From: Polyangiaceae bacterium
GTDB lineage: Bacteria; Myxococcota_A; Polyangia; Polyangiales; Polyangiaceae
Direction of reading: 5' to 3'
Assembly (NCBI GenBank): GCA_033763455.1
Contig: JANRKO010000006.1
Coordinates: 416,001 to 480,000, forward strand
DNA: 64,000 nucleotides
Shown: in pieces, positions 20,451 to 29,423 of the stretch
Layout of the letters: the number at the start of each line of letters is the position of its first letter
Numbering within the stretch: position 1 is the first letter of the stretch
Notes under the pieces: generated by a model
Database searches by the model: none
What the model saw: only the letters and a program-made list of their open reading frames with translations
Told to the model about the DNA's origin: nothing
Program-made: the position numbers and the translations under genes

Positions 20451-22430
20451 TCAGTGCACCGCGTCCGTTTCGCTGAGCTTAAGATCCTTGATCTTGGCGC
20501 CCAGCACCTCCATCGCTAGCACGACGGCAGGGTGTTTCCGAGCCCGCTCGATGGCTAGCTTGCGCTCCTCCTCTGCCTGCCGGGTTCGGATGCTGAGCAG
20601 CGTCACAAGATCTCGCCCCTCTATGGCCTCCAGCTTGTGCTCAACCTTCGTCGGTGCGCCGAAATGCTCAGAAAACTGGGCGTCCATGAGTGCTTGGTTG
20701 TCGGCGGTGGTCGCGTTCCCACAAAACACACTGCCCGGCTCCCATGCCAAAACCACCGTGGGAGGCGCCAAAGAAAGCGGAACGGCGTGGCCCAGGTACG
20801 CCCCAAGCTCAGGGCGTTTAGCTTCTAGTGCCTCCACCACCGCCGCCCAGTGCTTAAGCTGGGTTGGGTCTTCGAGCAGCCCGCCCTGGCGCACTCTAAC
20901 CGCAGCAGGCGCGCTGCTTTGCGTGGCCTCGACGCGGCGTTCTCCAGGGTACTCCGGAAACGCCAATGGATCGGCCGCCGGGGTAGTGGCGGCACGCGCA
21001 GGAGGCCTGGTGTTGCGTACTTCGGGTGGTGCCGTGGCCCCCGGAGGTTCGAAAGGGGGAGTAACGCTTGCGTGCGTTTCAACCAAAGAAGGGGCCGGTG
21101 GAGGCTCGTCCGCCGAGCTGCTCGACGAGGGGCTTGCGCTTGGTGGGGATTGGCCTTCACGTGGCCGAGGCCTTGGGGCATCACCACGTGGGGCTCCACT
21201 TGCAGGTGGCATTCCGGGTCCGCGTGCTGGAGATGGGGCGCCGGCGCGACTGCTCAATCGCCGTTCTAGCTGCCCCAGGCGCTGAATGAGATCATCAATT
21301 GGTATGAGCGGCGGGCGGCGGGCCAGGCGAACGAGCAGCATTTCAAGAGCTGAGCGCGGGTGTCCACTGTGGGAAACTGCATCAAACCCCTCGGAGAATC
21401 CTTGGTGCAGCCGGATCAGATCATCGGGGTCCGCATCTTTGGCGAGCGCCATGACATCCTTGCGCTCTTCGTCAGCGAGGTCGAGCAAAGCCTCCGGCTC
21501 TCGATGCACCTTTGCAACTACCAGATCCCGCAACAAAGATAAGATGTCACGTGCAACGTGCGCCAGATCGTAACCTTGCATGGCCAAGTCCGAAACAACC
21601 GAAAGGCAGCGAGCTGCGTCAGCTCTCACCAAGGAACCGGCGATATCATGCAACACCTGGTGGCTGGCCACGCCGAGCACCTCAGCCACTCCTGACCCCG
21701 TGAGCTCGGTGCCAGCCCACGCGATTACCTGATCCAATAGGCTCATCGCGTCCCGCATGCTGCCGGCAGCCTCACGCGCGATAATCGCTAAAGACAGCTC
21801 ATCGGCCGAGAGCCCTTCTTGCCCCAAGACATAGCGCAGGCGGTCGGCAATGAGGCGGGTAGGGATAAGCTTAAAATCGAACCGTTGAACGCGGCTCAAT
21901 ATTGTTACAGGTACCTTGCGTACCTCGGTGGTCGCAAAAATGAATTTTACGTGCGGCGGTGGCTCCTCCAGCGTCTTCAGAAAGGCGTTCCAGGCGCTCT
22001 GCGAGAGCATGTGCACCTCGTCGACGATGAAGATCTTGTAGCGGTCGCGCGAAGGGCGATACGGCAGGGAATCCTGGAGCCGCCGAACTTCATCCACGCC
22101 GTTGTAACTGGCGCCGTCTATTTCCTGCACGTCCATGTCTGTGCCGAGAGCTATTTCCTTGCAGGCGGGGCACACCTGACATGGAATCGCGATCGGGCCC
22201 GGATCGGTTCCGGGTGGCACGGTGCCCGGTGGGCGCATGCAATTGAGCGCTTTGGCAAGGATGCGCGCGCTGGTGGTTTTGCCCACGCCGCGTGCCCCTG
22301 TGAACAGGAAGGCGTGGGCCACGCGATTGGCAGCGATGGCGTTGGCCAGCGTCTTGGCGACGTGTTCCTGCCCCACCAAATCCTCGAAACTCGAAGGACG
22401 CCACTTTCGGGCCAAAACGACGTAACTCAT
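20451..22430 (-). CDS. dnaX: DNA polymerase III subunit gamma/tau
   Basis: MSYVVLARKWRP, Walker A GARGVGKTT, DEVHMLS, LKTLEEPP, GSMRDA.SLLDQ; Pro-rich linker then C-terminal domain. Confidence 0.98.
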   Translation of the reverse strand: MSYVVLARKWRPSSFEDLVGQEHVAKTLANAIAANRVAHAFLFTGARGVGKTTSARILAKALNCMRPPGTVPPGTDPGPIAIPCQVCPACKEIALGTDMDVQEIDGASYNGVDEVRRLQDSLPYRPSRDRYKIFIVDEVHMLSQSAWNAFLKTLEEPPPHVKFIFATTEVRKVPVTILSRVQRFDFKLIPTRLIADRLRYVLGQEGLSADELSLAIIAREAAGSMRDAMSLLDQVIAWAGTELTGSGVAEVLGVASHQVLHDIAGSLVRADAARCLSVVSDLAMQGYDLAHVARDILSLLRDLVVAKVHREPEALLDLADEERKDVMALAKDADPDDLIRLHQGFSEGFDAVSHSGHPRSALEMLLVRLARRPPLIPIDDLIQRLGQLERRLSSRAGAPSPARGPGMPPASGAPRGDAPRPRPREGQSPPSASPSSSSSADEPPPAPSLVETHASVTPPFEPPGATAPPEVRNTRPPARAATTPAADPLAFPEYPGERRVEATQSSAPAAVRVRQGGLLEDPTQLKHWAAVVEALEAKRPELGAYLGHAVPLSLAPPTVVLAWEPGSVFCGNATTADNQALMDAQFSEHFGAPTKVEHKLEAIEGRDLVTLLSIRTRQAEEERKLAIERARKHPAVVLAMEVLGAKIKDLKLSETDAVH

Positions 22431-22889
22431 GTCAGGTTGGCGTACCAGATCAGCCCCGGGGGCGCGAGTGCAGCCAGGGTTTCGGCCGAAGGAGCGCTGT
22501 TGTGCGAGTGTGGGGCGCGAGTGCCACGGTCCGGGTCAAGCCCGCACTCACGGATGGTTCGCCGAAATGAGAGGTGGGGTCGGGGGCTGATACGGAGCGG
22601 TTCCGCTCCTCAGGTGCGCAGGCTGGTGGGACTGCGCGCGAAGGTCCGTGAAACAATCGTACGTGCGCGGCTTCCTCGTTAGCACTTTTAGGTATCGACT
22701 AGCACAATCGAATCGTTAGCTGGGTTCTGGATCAGATGACCACAGACTGTTGTTGCTGTCGTGAAATCGGCACTGCGTGACGCGATAAGCGGCTGCTGCA
22801 TCAGCGCTTGCGGAGGCGTTGCGCGTTGGGCATAGTCGGCCTCGGGCGCCCGTCTCAGCTGTCGGGGTCGCAGTTGTTTGGAGATTTGG

Positions 22890-24083
22890 ATGACTCAGCG
22901 CACGGTATGGTTCGGTTCGGCATGTGTAGTGTGGGCCAGCGCTTATGCGTGCTCCTCGCCCGACGCATCGCCACCGCGAGCCGCATTGCCTGATCCAACC
23001 AGCACAGTGGTTGCTCCCCCGCGCCCCGGGCCTACGTCGATCCCGCTCATGCTTGGCCCGTCTGGCGGAATGGGGAGCACGCCAAACATGCCCGTGCCCC
23101 CGCCGCCGGCCGCAGGCGGAACGGTTAATCTGTTGGGCTCTACTAGGGACCTATCTGGCTACAATACCGGGGAACAAGGCTGCAATCCAGAGAATGGCTG
23201 TGCGGGATCCATGATCGCGGGGGACCCGGGCAAGGTTCTGCGTGAGTTATGGATGGATGTCCCGAAGGCGGGCTACCCAAACAACACCTCGGCCGTGGCC
23301 GCGTTCACTTCTCGCGCGTATTCTCCTGATTTCCCGGACCACCCAAGCTTTACGGACCAGCTCATTGCTGGCCTGCAAGCTTACGCACCGGACCAACCCT
23401 TGAAGCCCCGCAATTGGGACGACAACTACGGTCAACGCATTCGTGGTTTCATCAAGGCGCCCGAAACGGGCCTTTACGTCTTTTGGCTGGATTCTGACAA
23501 TGCGTCGCAGCTGTGGCTCAGTTTGAGCACGCCAGATAAGGCTCAGCCGATTGCCGCCGTGGACGACTACTCGCCAGCGAACAGTTTTCTTCTCCCAGGC
23601 CAGCGCTCAGCGCCGATACCTATGACGGCAGGCAAGCTCTATTACATCGATATTTTTCACAAGGAGGGTGGGGCCGATGACTTCTGCGAGGTGCGTTGGA
23701 CCAAGCCGAGCGATCCACAAGGAATGCCGGGCCACACCTATCAGGTAGTGCCGCCGACAGTTCTCTACACAGCGGTCCCTGGGGTTGATCCGGGCCCAAC
23801 CGGAGGCACAGGGGGCATGGCAGCCGCGGGCGGCGCGGATTCTGCGGGTGGGAGCCCGAGCGGTGGGGCACCTTCTGGTGGCACGATGGCCGGGGGGAGC
23901 TTTAGCGGCGGAGCCCCCGCGAGCGGCGGGGCCAGCGGCGCCATCAATAGCGGTGGCACGAGCGCCAGTGGGGGCGAAGGCGCCGGTGGCGCGAACAACG
24001 GTTCCGGCGCGGCGAGCGGCTCAGCGGGAATCAGCGGTGGCGGTGCGAGTGGCCAGTCCGGAAGCTCAAGCAGCTCCGGTTGA
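22890..24083 (+). CDS. PA14-domain lipoprotein with Gly/Ser-rich tail
   Basis: Lipobox-like AYAC; DNYGQRIRGFI.APETG.YVFWLDSDN.SQLWLS, YYIDIFHKEGG.D; about 100-aa low-complexity C-terminus. Confidence 0.8.
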   Translation: MTQRTVWFGSACVVWASAYACSSPDASPPRAALPDPTSTVVAPPRPGPTSIPLMLGPSGGMGSTPNMPVPPPPAAGGTVNLLGSTRDLSGYNTGEQGCNPENGCAGSMIAGDPGKVLRELWMDVPKAGYPNNTSAVAAFTSRAYSPDFPDHPSFTDQLIAGLQAYAPDQPLKPRNWDDNYGQRIRGFIKAPETGLYVFWLDSDNASQLWLSLSTPDKAQPIAAVDDYSPANSFLLPGQRSAPIPMTAGKLYYIDIFHKEGGADDFCEVRWTKPSDPQGMPGHTYQVVPPTVLYTAVPGVDPGPTGGTGGMAAAGGADSAGGSPSGGAPSGGTMAGGSFSGGAPASGGASGAINSGGTSASGGEGAGGANNGSGAASGSAGISGGGASGQSGSSSSSG

Positions 24084-24133
24084 ACCACGAGCGTGGGACG
24101 CCCTCCAGATGGCGCGCTACGTCCTAAGCGCTC

Positions 24134-25486
24134 TTACTTGATCGGAAGCCGTGAGATCGAAGTTAGGTTGGAGAGCAGAACTCGCATCGCGTCTGCAATC
24201 GACCTCGCGCCGAGCCCCGGATTGCTTTTCAGCGCGCAGTTGAGCGGGGAGGATTCGAAGGGCTGGCCTCCTAGTGCTTCACGCTGAGTGTACGCGGCCA
24301 CCTTCTTCACGAGGCACTGTTCCAGATTGGGGGAAGTGGCCAACTGCGCCATGAATTCCCTAACGCTTTGAAACTTGAAAGTGCTTTCGCCTTGGTCAAA
24401 CGAGCTGGCGAAATAACCCGAAGCATCTATCGGTTGGCCCCCGCCGAGAACGGGCCGATATTGACCGACGCCATTGAAGTGTTCAAACGCCCCCCCGGCT
24501 GGATCGATCAACGTGTGGCATCCCTGGCACACGGGGTCGTTCACTTGTGCCCGAATTTCGACGGCAGAAAGGTGCGGTGGTGGGGTTGCTCCATGAGGGG
24601 CAACGTTTGCGGGAGGGGCCGGGACGAGCGAGCAAAGAGCATCTTCCAACACCGCCTTGCCACGGCGCGCTGCGTTCACATTTCGAGCTAGCCAGAACCC
24701 GCGCGTCAAGATCCCAAAACGCTCCTGCGCGCCCAGATCTACAGTATTCCAAAGATCGCTTCCAGGCGGGGAGGGTGGAGGCGGAGCAGCGTAATAGTCT
24801 GCTAGTTCTCGGTTAATTACCGATTGGCTCGACGTGAAAATTTGTTCGAGCGTCCCTTGGCGATCCTGCAAGGTCCACTGCACAAACAAGCGCCCCTCTT
24901 CCGCCATGAGTTGATCAGGCGCGTGTTGGGGGGAGTTGGAGGCCCCGCCGGTTCCCGTAGCTCCTCCAAAGTCGATGCTCACGTTCGTAAGCCCGAACCA
25001 ATCAAGTGCAAACTTTTCGAGACCCACCTGGCTGCGAGGATCCGCTTGCATGAGCTTGATGACGTCCGTCGTAGGCAACGCGTCGACGATCGGAAGGACT
25101 TCTGCTATGAACGCCGTATTGCCCCAGAGGGCGGCTGTCAGAAAATAGGTGAGGTCCTTTGGAGACGTCGGGCAACTAACGATAACCGGTGGTTGTATAA
25201 TGCCCGGGTCGATGGTTGGCATGGTCGCGGGTCCAGTTGTTCCGGGCGTTGCTCCATTCCCCGGAAACATCGGTTTCCCATTGCCGGGATTGCCGCCACT
25301 CGCTGAAAAAGCGCCACCTGATCCAAAGCTCGGAGCTCCACCGGTAACACTTGCAGTCCCTGTTGAGTCGTCAACAAGTGCCTTCCCGCCGCAACTGGAG
25401 CTGCCCACTCCGAGTACTGCGAGAACCGCAGCCGTCAAGCGAAACAAAGGGCGATGCATGCTGAAGCGTCCGGAGGCTTTGGCCAT
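24134..25486 (-). CDS. DUF1588/DUF1592-type lipoprotein with a CxxCH motif (shortened architecture)
   Basis: SSC lipobox, Gly/Pro linker, R.GILT...L, RRGK.V...LC..VPAPP, CQGCH..IDP.G.AFEHF..VGQYR, IDASG. Confidence 0.8.
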   Translation of the reverse strand: MAKASGRFSMHRPLFRLTAAVLAVLGVGSSSCGGKALVDDSTGTASVTGGAPSFGSGGAFSASGGNPGNGKPMFPGNGATPGTTGPATMPTIDPGIIQPPVIVSCPTSPKDLTYFLTAALWGNTAFIAEVLPIVDALPTTDVIKLMQADPRSQVGLEKFALDWFGLTNVSIDFGGATGTGGASNSPQHAPDQLMAEEGRLFVQWTLQDRQGTLEQIFTSSQSVINRELADYYAAPPPPSPPGSDLWNTVDLGAQERFGILTRGFWLARNVNAARRGKAVLEDALCSLVPAPPANVAPHGATPPPHLSAVEIRAQVNDPVCQGCHTLIDPAGGAFEHFNGVGQYRPVLGGGQPIDASGYFASSFDQGESTFKFQSVREFMAQLATSPNLEQCLVKKVAAYTQREALGGQPFESSPLNCALKSNPGLGARSIADAMRVLLSNLTSISRLPIK

Positions 25487-25616
25487 GCCGGGACTCTACC
25501 ATGGCTTTTGCCGCCTACTGCACCCTTAGCTAGACTTAGGCCCCGCGTCCTTGCCCAACGTATCCGGATGCCGTACCTGGCCACCTATGGCGCATGAGCG
25601 CACTCAGGGCACCGCT

Positions 25617-25979
25617 CTATGGGATCTGCACGATCACGTCGTTGCCTTCGGTGATTAGCTCGAAGCGTTCGAGTGATTCGCCGCTGCAGGGCCCCCATTC
25701 GCAGGCACCTGTTTGCGGGTGGAACAGCGCGCCGTGGTTCTTGCACACGATGCGCTCGAGCGCGCCGTCGTAGAAATCCCCCGTGCCGTAATCGAGATCA
25801 ACGCTCCAATGAGGGCAGGAGTTAGCGAAAGCGACTAGGCACTCGCCGAAGCGCAGCACGAAGCCCTCTTCAGCTACGTTGCCGCGTTTAAAATGGAAGC
25901 GCACGCTCTCCCCATGTGCGAGCTGCCCCACGCCGCTCACCCGGACGGTTTGTTCTCTACGCTCGCCCGATCCGCTCAT
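25617..25979 (-). CDS. Rieske [2Fe-2S] ferredoxin
   Basis: N.CPH ... IVCKNHGALF...TG.C..GPC.G.SL. Start placed at ATG 25979, clear of the upstream gene. Confidence 0.9.
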   Translation of the reverse strand: MSGSGERREQTVRVSGVGQLAHGESVRFHFKRGNVAEEGFVLRFGECLVAFANSCPHWSVDLDYGTGDFYDGALERIVCKNHGALFHPQTGACEWGPCSGESLERFELITEGNDVIVQIP

Positions 25980-26025
25980 GGCCTGCACTTGGTCTGCGAA
26001 CGCAAGGTCGTAAGTTGGAACTTTT

Positions 26026-27270
26026 TCATTGGGTTCTTGCGATCGCGCGGAGCGTGCCGATGCGTTCAACGAGTGGCGGGTGCGAGTAGTAAAAGGCCGC
26101 GTAGAACGGATGTGGGTGGAGGTTGGAGAGGTTTTCTGTGCCAAGCTTGGCGAGCGCGTCGGCTAAGTCATGGGCGTGGCCATGGAGCTCGACAGCAAAA
26201 CGATCGGCTTGGCGTTCATCACGGCGTGACCAGGCGGCCAAAAGCGGCGTGAGAGGAAACATGAGCGCTGAGCTCGCCAACATCAGGATCAGCATTCGCG
26301 CGGGAAACGACGCCGAAGCAAGACCAACCAGCTGGGGCAAGGCTTCGCTCGGCGCCAGCCGAAAAGCCAGATACGCAGCGACAACGAGCAATACCTGCAT
26401 TGCCAGCATCCGAATTAGCACATGATGCTTCTTCCAATGCCCGAGCTCGTGCGCCAAAATCGCCAAAACTTGCGGGTGGCTCATTTGCGCTAGCAGGGTG
26501 TCGAAGAGCACAACCCGCTTTACTCGGCCCAATCCCGTAAAATAAGCATTCGAATGCGAGCTTCGGCGTGATGCGTCCATCTTTAAGACGCGCCCTACCT
26601 GAACTCCTGCTCTCTCGGTCATCGAACGAATTCCGTCGGAAAGGCCAGCGACCTCAAGTGGCTCCATCTTGTTGAACAGCGGTTCGATAACGTACGGCGA
26701 TAGGAAGGTCAAAACCAGGCTGACACTGGTGATGAGCGCTGCCACCCAAAGCCACCAAGTGTTAGGTGTAGCTTGCACGAGTGCGAGCGCTCCAGCTGCC
26801 AACGTACTGCTGAGCAGCAGCCACAAAGCGGTGCTTTTAAGCCAATCACCCCACCATCGCGCGGCGGTTTGGCGATTGAAGCCATGCCGCTGCTCGATGC
26901 GAAAGTCCCCGTATAGTTGAAACGGCACCTCCAAAATTGCGCTCGCCACCAAGAGCCCGATGATGAAAACGACCCCACCGAGCACGAATGATTCGGTGAG
27001 GCTATGAACCCACGCGTCGTAGGCGCCTAGGCCGCCGGCAAACACGAACACGCCAGTCGCCGCGGCAGAAGCACCGCTGTGAACCAAACCGAAGCGCGCC
27101 CGTTCCGTCGTGTAGGCGCTGATCTTAAGTAGCTTTGCCGCATCCACCTCCCGCTCGAGGCCGGTCGGCACCCGGTGCCCCTCGCGCACCAAATGGCGCA
27201 GATTCAGCCACGAGAGTGCGAGGCGCGCGCCAGCGACAGCAATGAAAATCAAAAGCGCTACGTCCCGCAT
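26026..27270 (-). CDS. M48 family (Ste24/CAAX-protease-like) membrane zinc metallopeptidase
   Basis: Multiple TM helices, DASRRSSHSNAYFTGLGRVKRVVLFDTL, HELGH, E..AD.FA, YSHPPL.ERI. Confidence 0.95.
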   Translation of the reverse strand: MRDVALLIFIAVAGARLALSWLNLRHLVREGHRVPTGLEREVDAAKLLKISAYTTERARFGLVHSGASAAATGVFVFAGGLGAYDAWVHSLTESFVLGGVVFIIGLLVASAILEVPFQLYGDFRIEQRHGFNRQTAARWWGDWLKSTALWLLLSSTLAAGALALVQATPNTWWLWVAALITSVSLVLTFLSPYVIEPLFNKMEPLEVAGLSDGIRSMTERAGVQVGRVLKMDASRRSSHSNAYFTGLGRVKRVVLFDTLLAQMSHPQVLAILAHELGHWKKHHVLIRMLAMQVLLVVAAYLAFRLAPSEALPQLVGLASASFPARMLILMLASSALMFPLTPLLAAWSRRDERQADRFAVELHGHAHDLADALAKLGTENLSNLHPHPFYAAFYYSHPPLVERIGTLRAIARTQ

Positions 27271-27333
27271 GTTTGCAAGCCTAGGACGCAGCGTCGCACC
27301 AAGCCAGAGGGCTCCCTCAATCTAGGAGCGTTC

Positions 27334-27975
27334 TCACTGCGGCAAGGGGGCAGGGTTTGGTTGCGGGGGAGGTTGCGAGGGATACGGCTGTTGTGGCGCT
27401 GTCGGTGCGGTTGGTGCGGTTGGCGCACTTGGCGCGGGGTACGGCTGTGGTGCGGGCTGTTGCGGGTAGGGCGCGGCCGGAGCTGGGTATGTTTGAGGAT
27501 TCTGGGCTGGGGCTGGGTAGGCCGCAGGGGGTGCCGGTGTGTAGGTACCTTGTGGTGGCAACTGAGGGCCGAATGCGCCAAAATTCGCGGGGGTGGCTTC
27601 GCGACAACTATACTCTACGGTTCTAGTAGCGAACAGAAGTGCGGCCGCGTTCCCAGCCGTTGAGATGCACGCCGAGTACTTAGCGCTATCGCTGCTGTCA
27701 CATATCCCAGCGCCGAGGAGCGCGCCGCCCGCGCCCACCCCCAAGCTGATCAAGAAATCTATCCCGTTGTAAGATGAATTCACGTGGGTGAGCCCCTCGC
27801 TGCATTCCTCGCCGGCCGGCCCACTCAACGGCACCAGGCCTGCCAACAAGAATGACTGTCGATCGCTATGCTTCGGCAGTCCCGGCGGCTGGGGCGTGCG
27901 AACCGCTGTCTTGTAACAACCGCCGAGCGTAGCCGAGGCCAATAAAAGGAAGGAGAGGGCAGATTTCAGCTTCAT
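27334..27975 (-). CDS. Bor/Iss-like lipoprotein with Pro/Gln-rich C-terminal tail
   Basis: LGGC lipobox; SFLLAGLVP, C..G...V, D.LIS, and ending RTVEYSC resemble the Bor pattern. Confidence 0.6.
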   Translation of the reverse strand: MKLKSALSFLLLASATLGGCYKTAVRTPQPPGLPKHSDRQSFLLAGLVPLSGPAGEECSEGLTHVNSSYNGIDFLISLGVGAGGALLGAGICDSSDSAKYSACISTAGNAAALLFATRTVEYSCREATPANFGAFGPQLPPQGTYTPAPPAAYPAPAQNPQTYPAPAAPYPQQPAPQPYPAPSAPTAPTAPTAPQQPYPSQPPPQPNPAPLPQ

Positions 27976-28114
27976 ACGGACGTCGCGCTACCAGAGCGAA
28001 TGGTCGGCGTAAACCCTTGGGCGCCGCACGCTCCGTTACGGCCCTGCCGAGCTCCGACGCCGCCTCGACGACGCCGAACCTCGGCAGAAACTGGCATTGG
28101 CGAAAGCGCGTAGG

Positions 28115-28798
28115 TTAGTAGCTTGCTGCCCCACCCACAGAGTTTGCGTGACCGCCGATGTTCGACTCGGGCGCCGGAGCGATTATTAGCCCTTGACCCC
28201 CGGTCTCACCGAAATACGCGCCGGCGTACCCGCCAGTCGGGCCGCCGTAATACTGGTTCGGATCTTCATAGACTTGCACGTCTATATTGACCTTGCCGTT
28301 CAGCCAAAGCGAGCGACCGCCGATACCAAATTGGTAACTGACCCAGCTCGTAGAGTGGGGAGATACATACGCCCATTGTGTCTCGCCGCTCAGCAATTGG
28401 GCTTCGACAGGCGTTGATACACCGTTTTCAACGCGTTCGAGCGACCAACCCGGCTGCAGATAGATTTGGTACTGGCCCTGTTCAAGATCCACTTCAATGG
28501 AAGGCGCGTCGGGGTTGGTGTCGCTGCTCGCGGTGGTTGGCAGCAACATGGTTTGTTGGTTGGAAGCGCCCCCGGTGCTGTAGCCACCGTAATAATAAGA
28601 ATAGGGTACGATGTCGAAGTTGGCGTGCCGCAGTTGGTACTGTGCACCAGAAGGGCCGTACGTCGTAAGTGGCAACCCGAGGGTTCCCAGTTTTGCAGGG
28701 TCGACTTCGTTCGAGGCGCTGCCGCCACATCCGGTGAGCACCCAGCCAGCCACAAGCGCACATTTCAACAATCCTAGGGTGTGTTTGTTTTTGATCAT
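28115..28798 (-). CDS. Hypothetical lipoprotein
   Basis: Lipobox LTGC after MIKNKH..., beta-rich body, GGAG RBS, ATG 28798. Confidence 0.75.
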   Translation of the reverse strand: MIKNKHTLGLLKCALVAGWVLTGCGGSASNEVDPAKLGTLGLPLTTYGPSGAQYQLRHANFDIVPYSYYYGGYSTGGASNQQTMLLPTTASSDTNPDAPSIEVDLEQGQYQIYLQPGWSLERVENGVSTPVEAQLLSGETQWAYVSPHSTSWVSYQFGIGGRSLWLNGKVNIDVQVYEDPNQYYGGPTGGYAGAYFGETGGQGLIIAPAPESNIGGHANSVGGAASY

Positions 28799-28859
28799 GT
28801 TCGTTACTCCGAGTGGAAAACGAGAGAGCCTTGAGGTGTCCCTCCCGGAGAACTGACAC

Positions 28860-28876
28860 AGCAAGCTGCATGCCAG
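28860..28876 (-). promoter_or_regulatory. Sigma-54 (-24/-12) promoter for the lipoprotein gene
   Basis: Minus strand CTGGCATGCAGCTTGCT matches TGGCAY-N5-TTGCW with exact GG-N10-GC spacing. Confidence 0.75.
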
Positions 28877-29003
28877 CGCGGTGCTCCGCGCTAGCTCAGA
28901 TCCAGCTGCAAAATCGGCCAATTTGCAGCACGAACCCTTGGCGCAACGTGTGCCACGCCATGGTGGGCGCGTCACCCTCGGGTGCTCGTACGCCTTCGCC
29001 CTG

Positions 29004-29423
29004 ATTACGGATCGTCACCGGACCGACCCCACCTGCGCGACCTGCCACAGCCTCATGGATCCGATTGGTTATGGCTTTTCCAACTACGACACATTGGGGC
29101 GCTATATCACGCAAGAAAACGGGAAACCGATCGACGCTTCGGGAGAAATTAAAGGAACGCAGGATATTGATGGCCCTTTCAACGGTGCGATTGAGTTGAG
29201 CCAACGCCTGGCTGGGAGCAACCAAGTAAGAGAATGCGTAATGGACCAGTGGTTTTCATTTGCCCTGGGTCGCAATCTTGATCCCACTCGGGATGCTTGC
29301 TCGATTGCGAGCGTGAAAGCTGCATTTGTGGCGAGTGATTGCAACCTCAAGGAATTGCTCTTGGCGATCGTGAAGACCGAAGCCTTCCGCTACCGAACGC
29401 TCGCGACGGGAGGTGCACCGTGA
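29004..29423 (+). pseudogene. 3' fragment of a DUF1592/DUF1588/DUF1585 gene
   Basis: HRTDPTCATCHSLMDPIGYGFSNYDTLGRY...IDASG...FALGR aligns to the C-terminal third of 24134-25486. No N-terminal part or signal peptide. Stop overlaps the DUF1552 GTG. Confidence 0.8.

Noticed and set aside
21051..21060. In-phase C CCT TTC slippery heptamer in the dnaX linker as a gamma-producing -1 frameshift
   Set aside because: Not the A AAA AAG or poly-A signal known for dnaX, no convincing stimulator, and expected by chance in Pro-rich coding sequence
20347..21285. Long antisense or alternative-frame ORFs (also 5116-6156, 45608-46459, 48156-49208, 57766-58512)
   Set aside because: They shadow well-supported genes, show no recognisable motifs, and are expected at this GC content
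22431..22889. SRP RNA (ffs) or tRNA upstream of dnaX
   Set aside because: No CAGG..GGAAG.AGCAGC core and no tRNA cloverleaf or T-loop found on either strand
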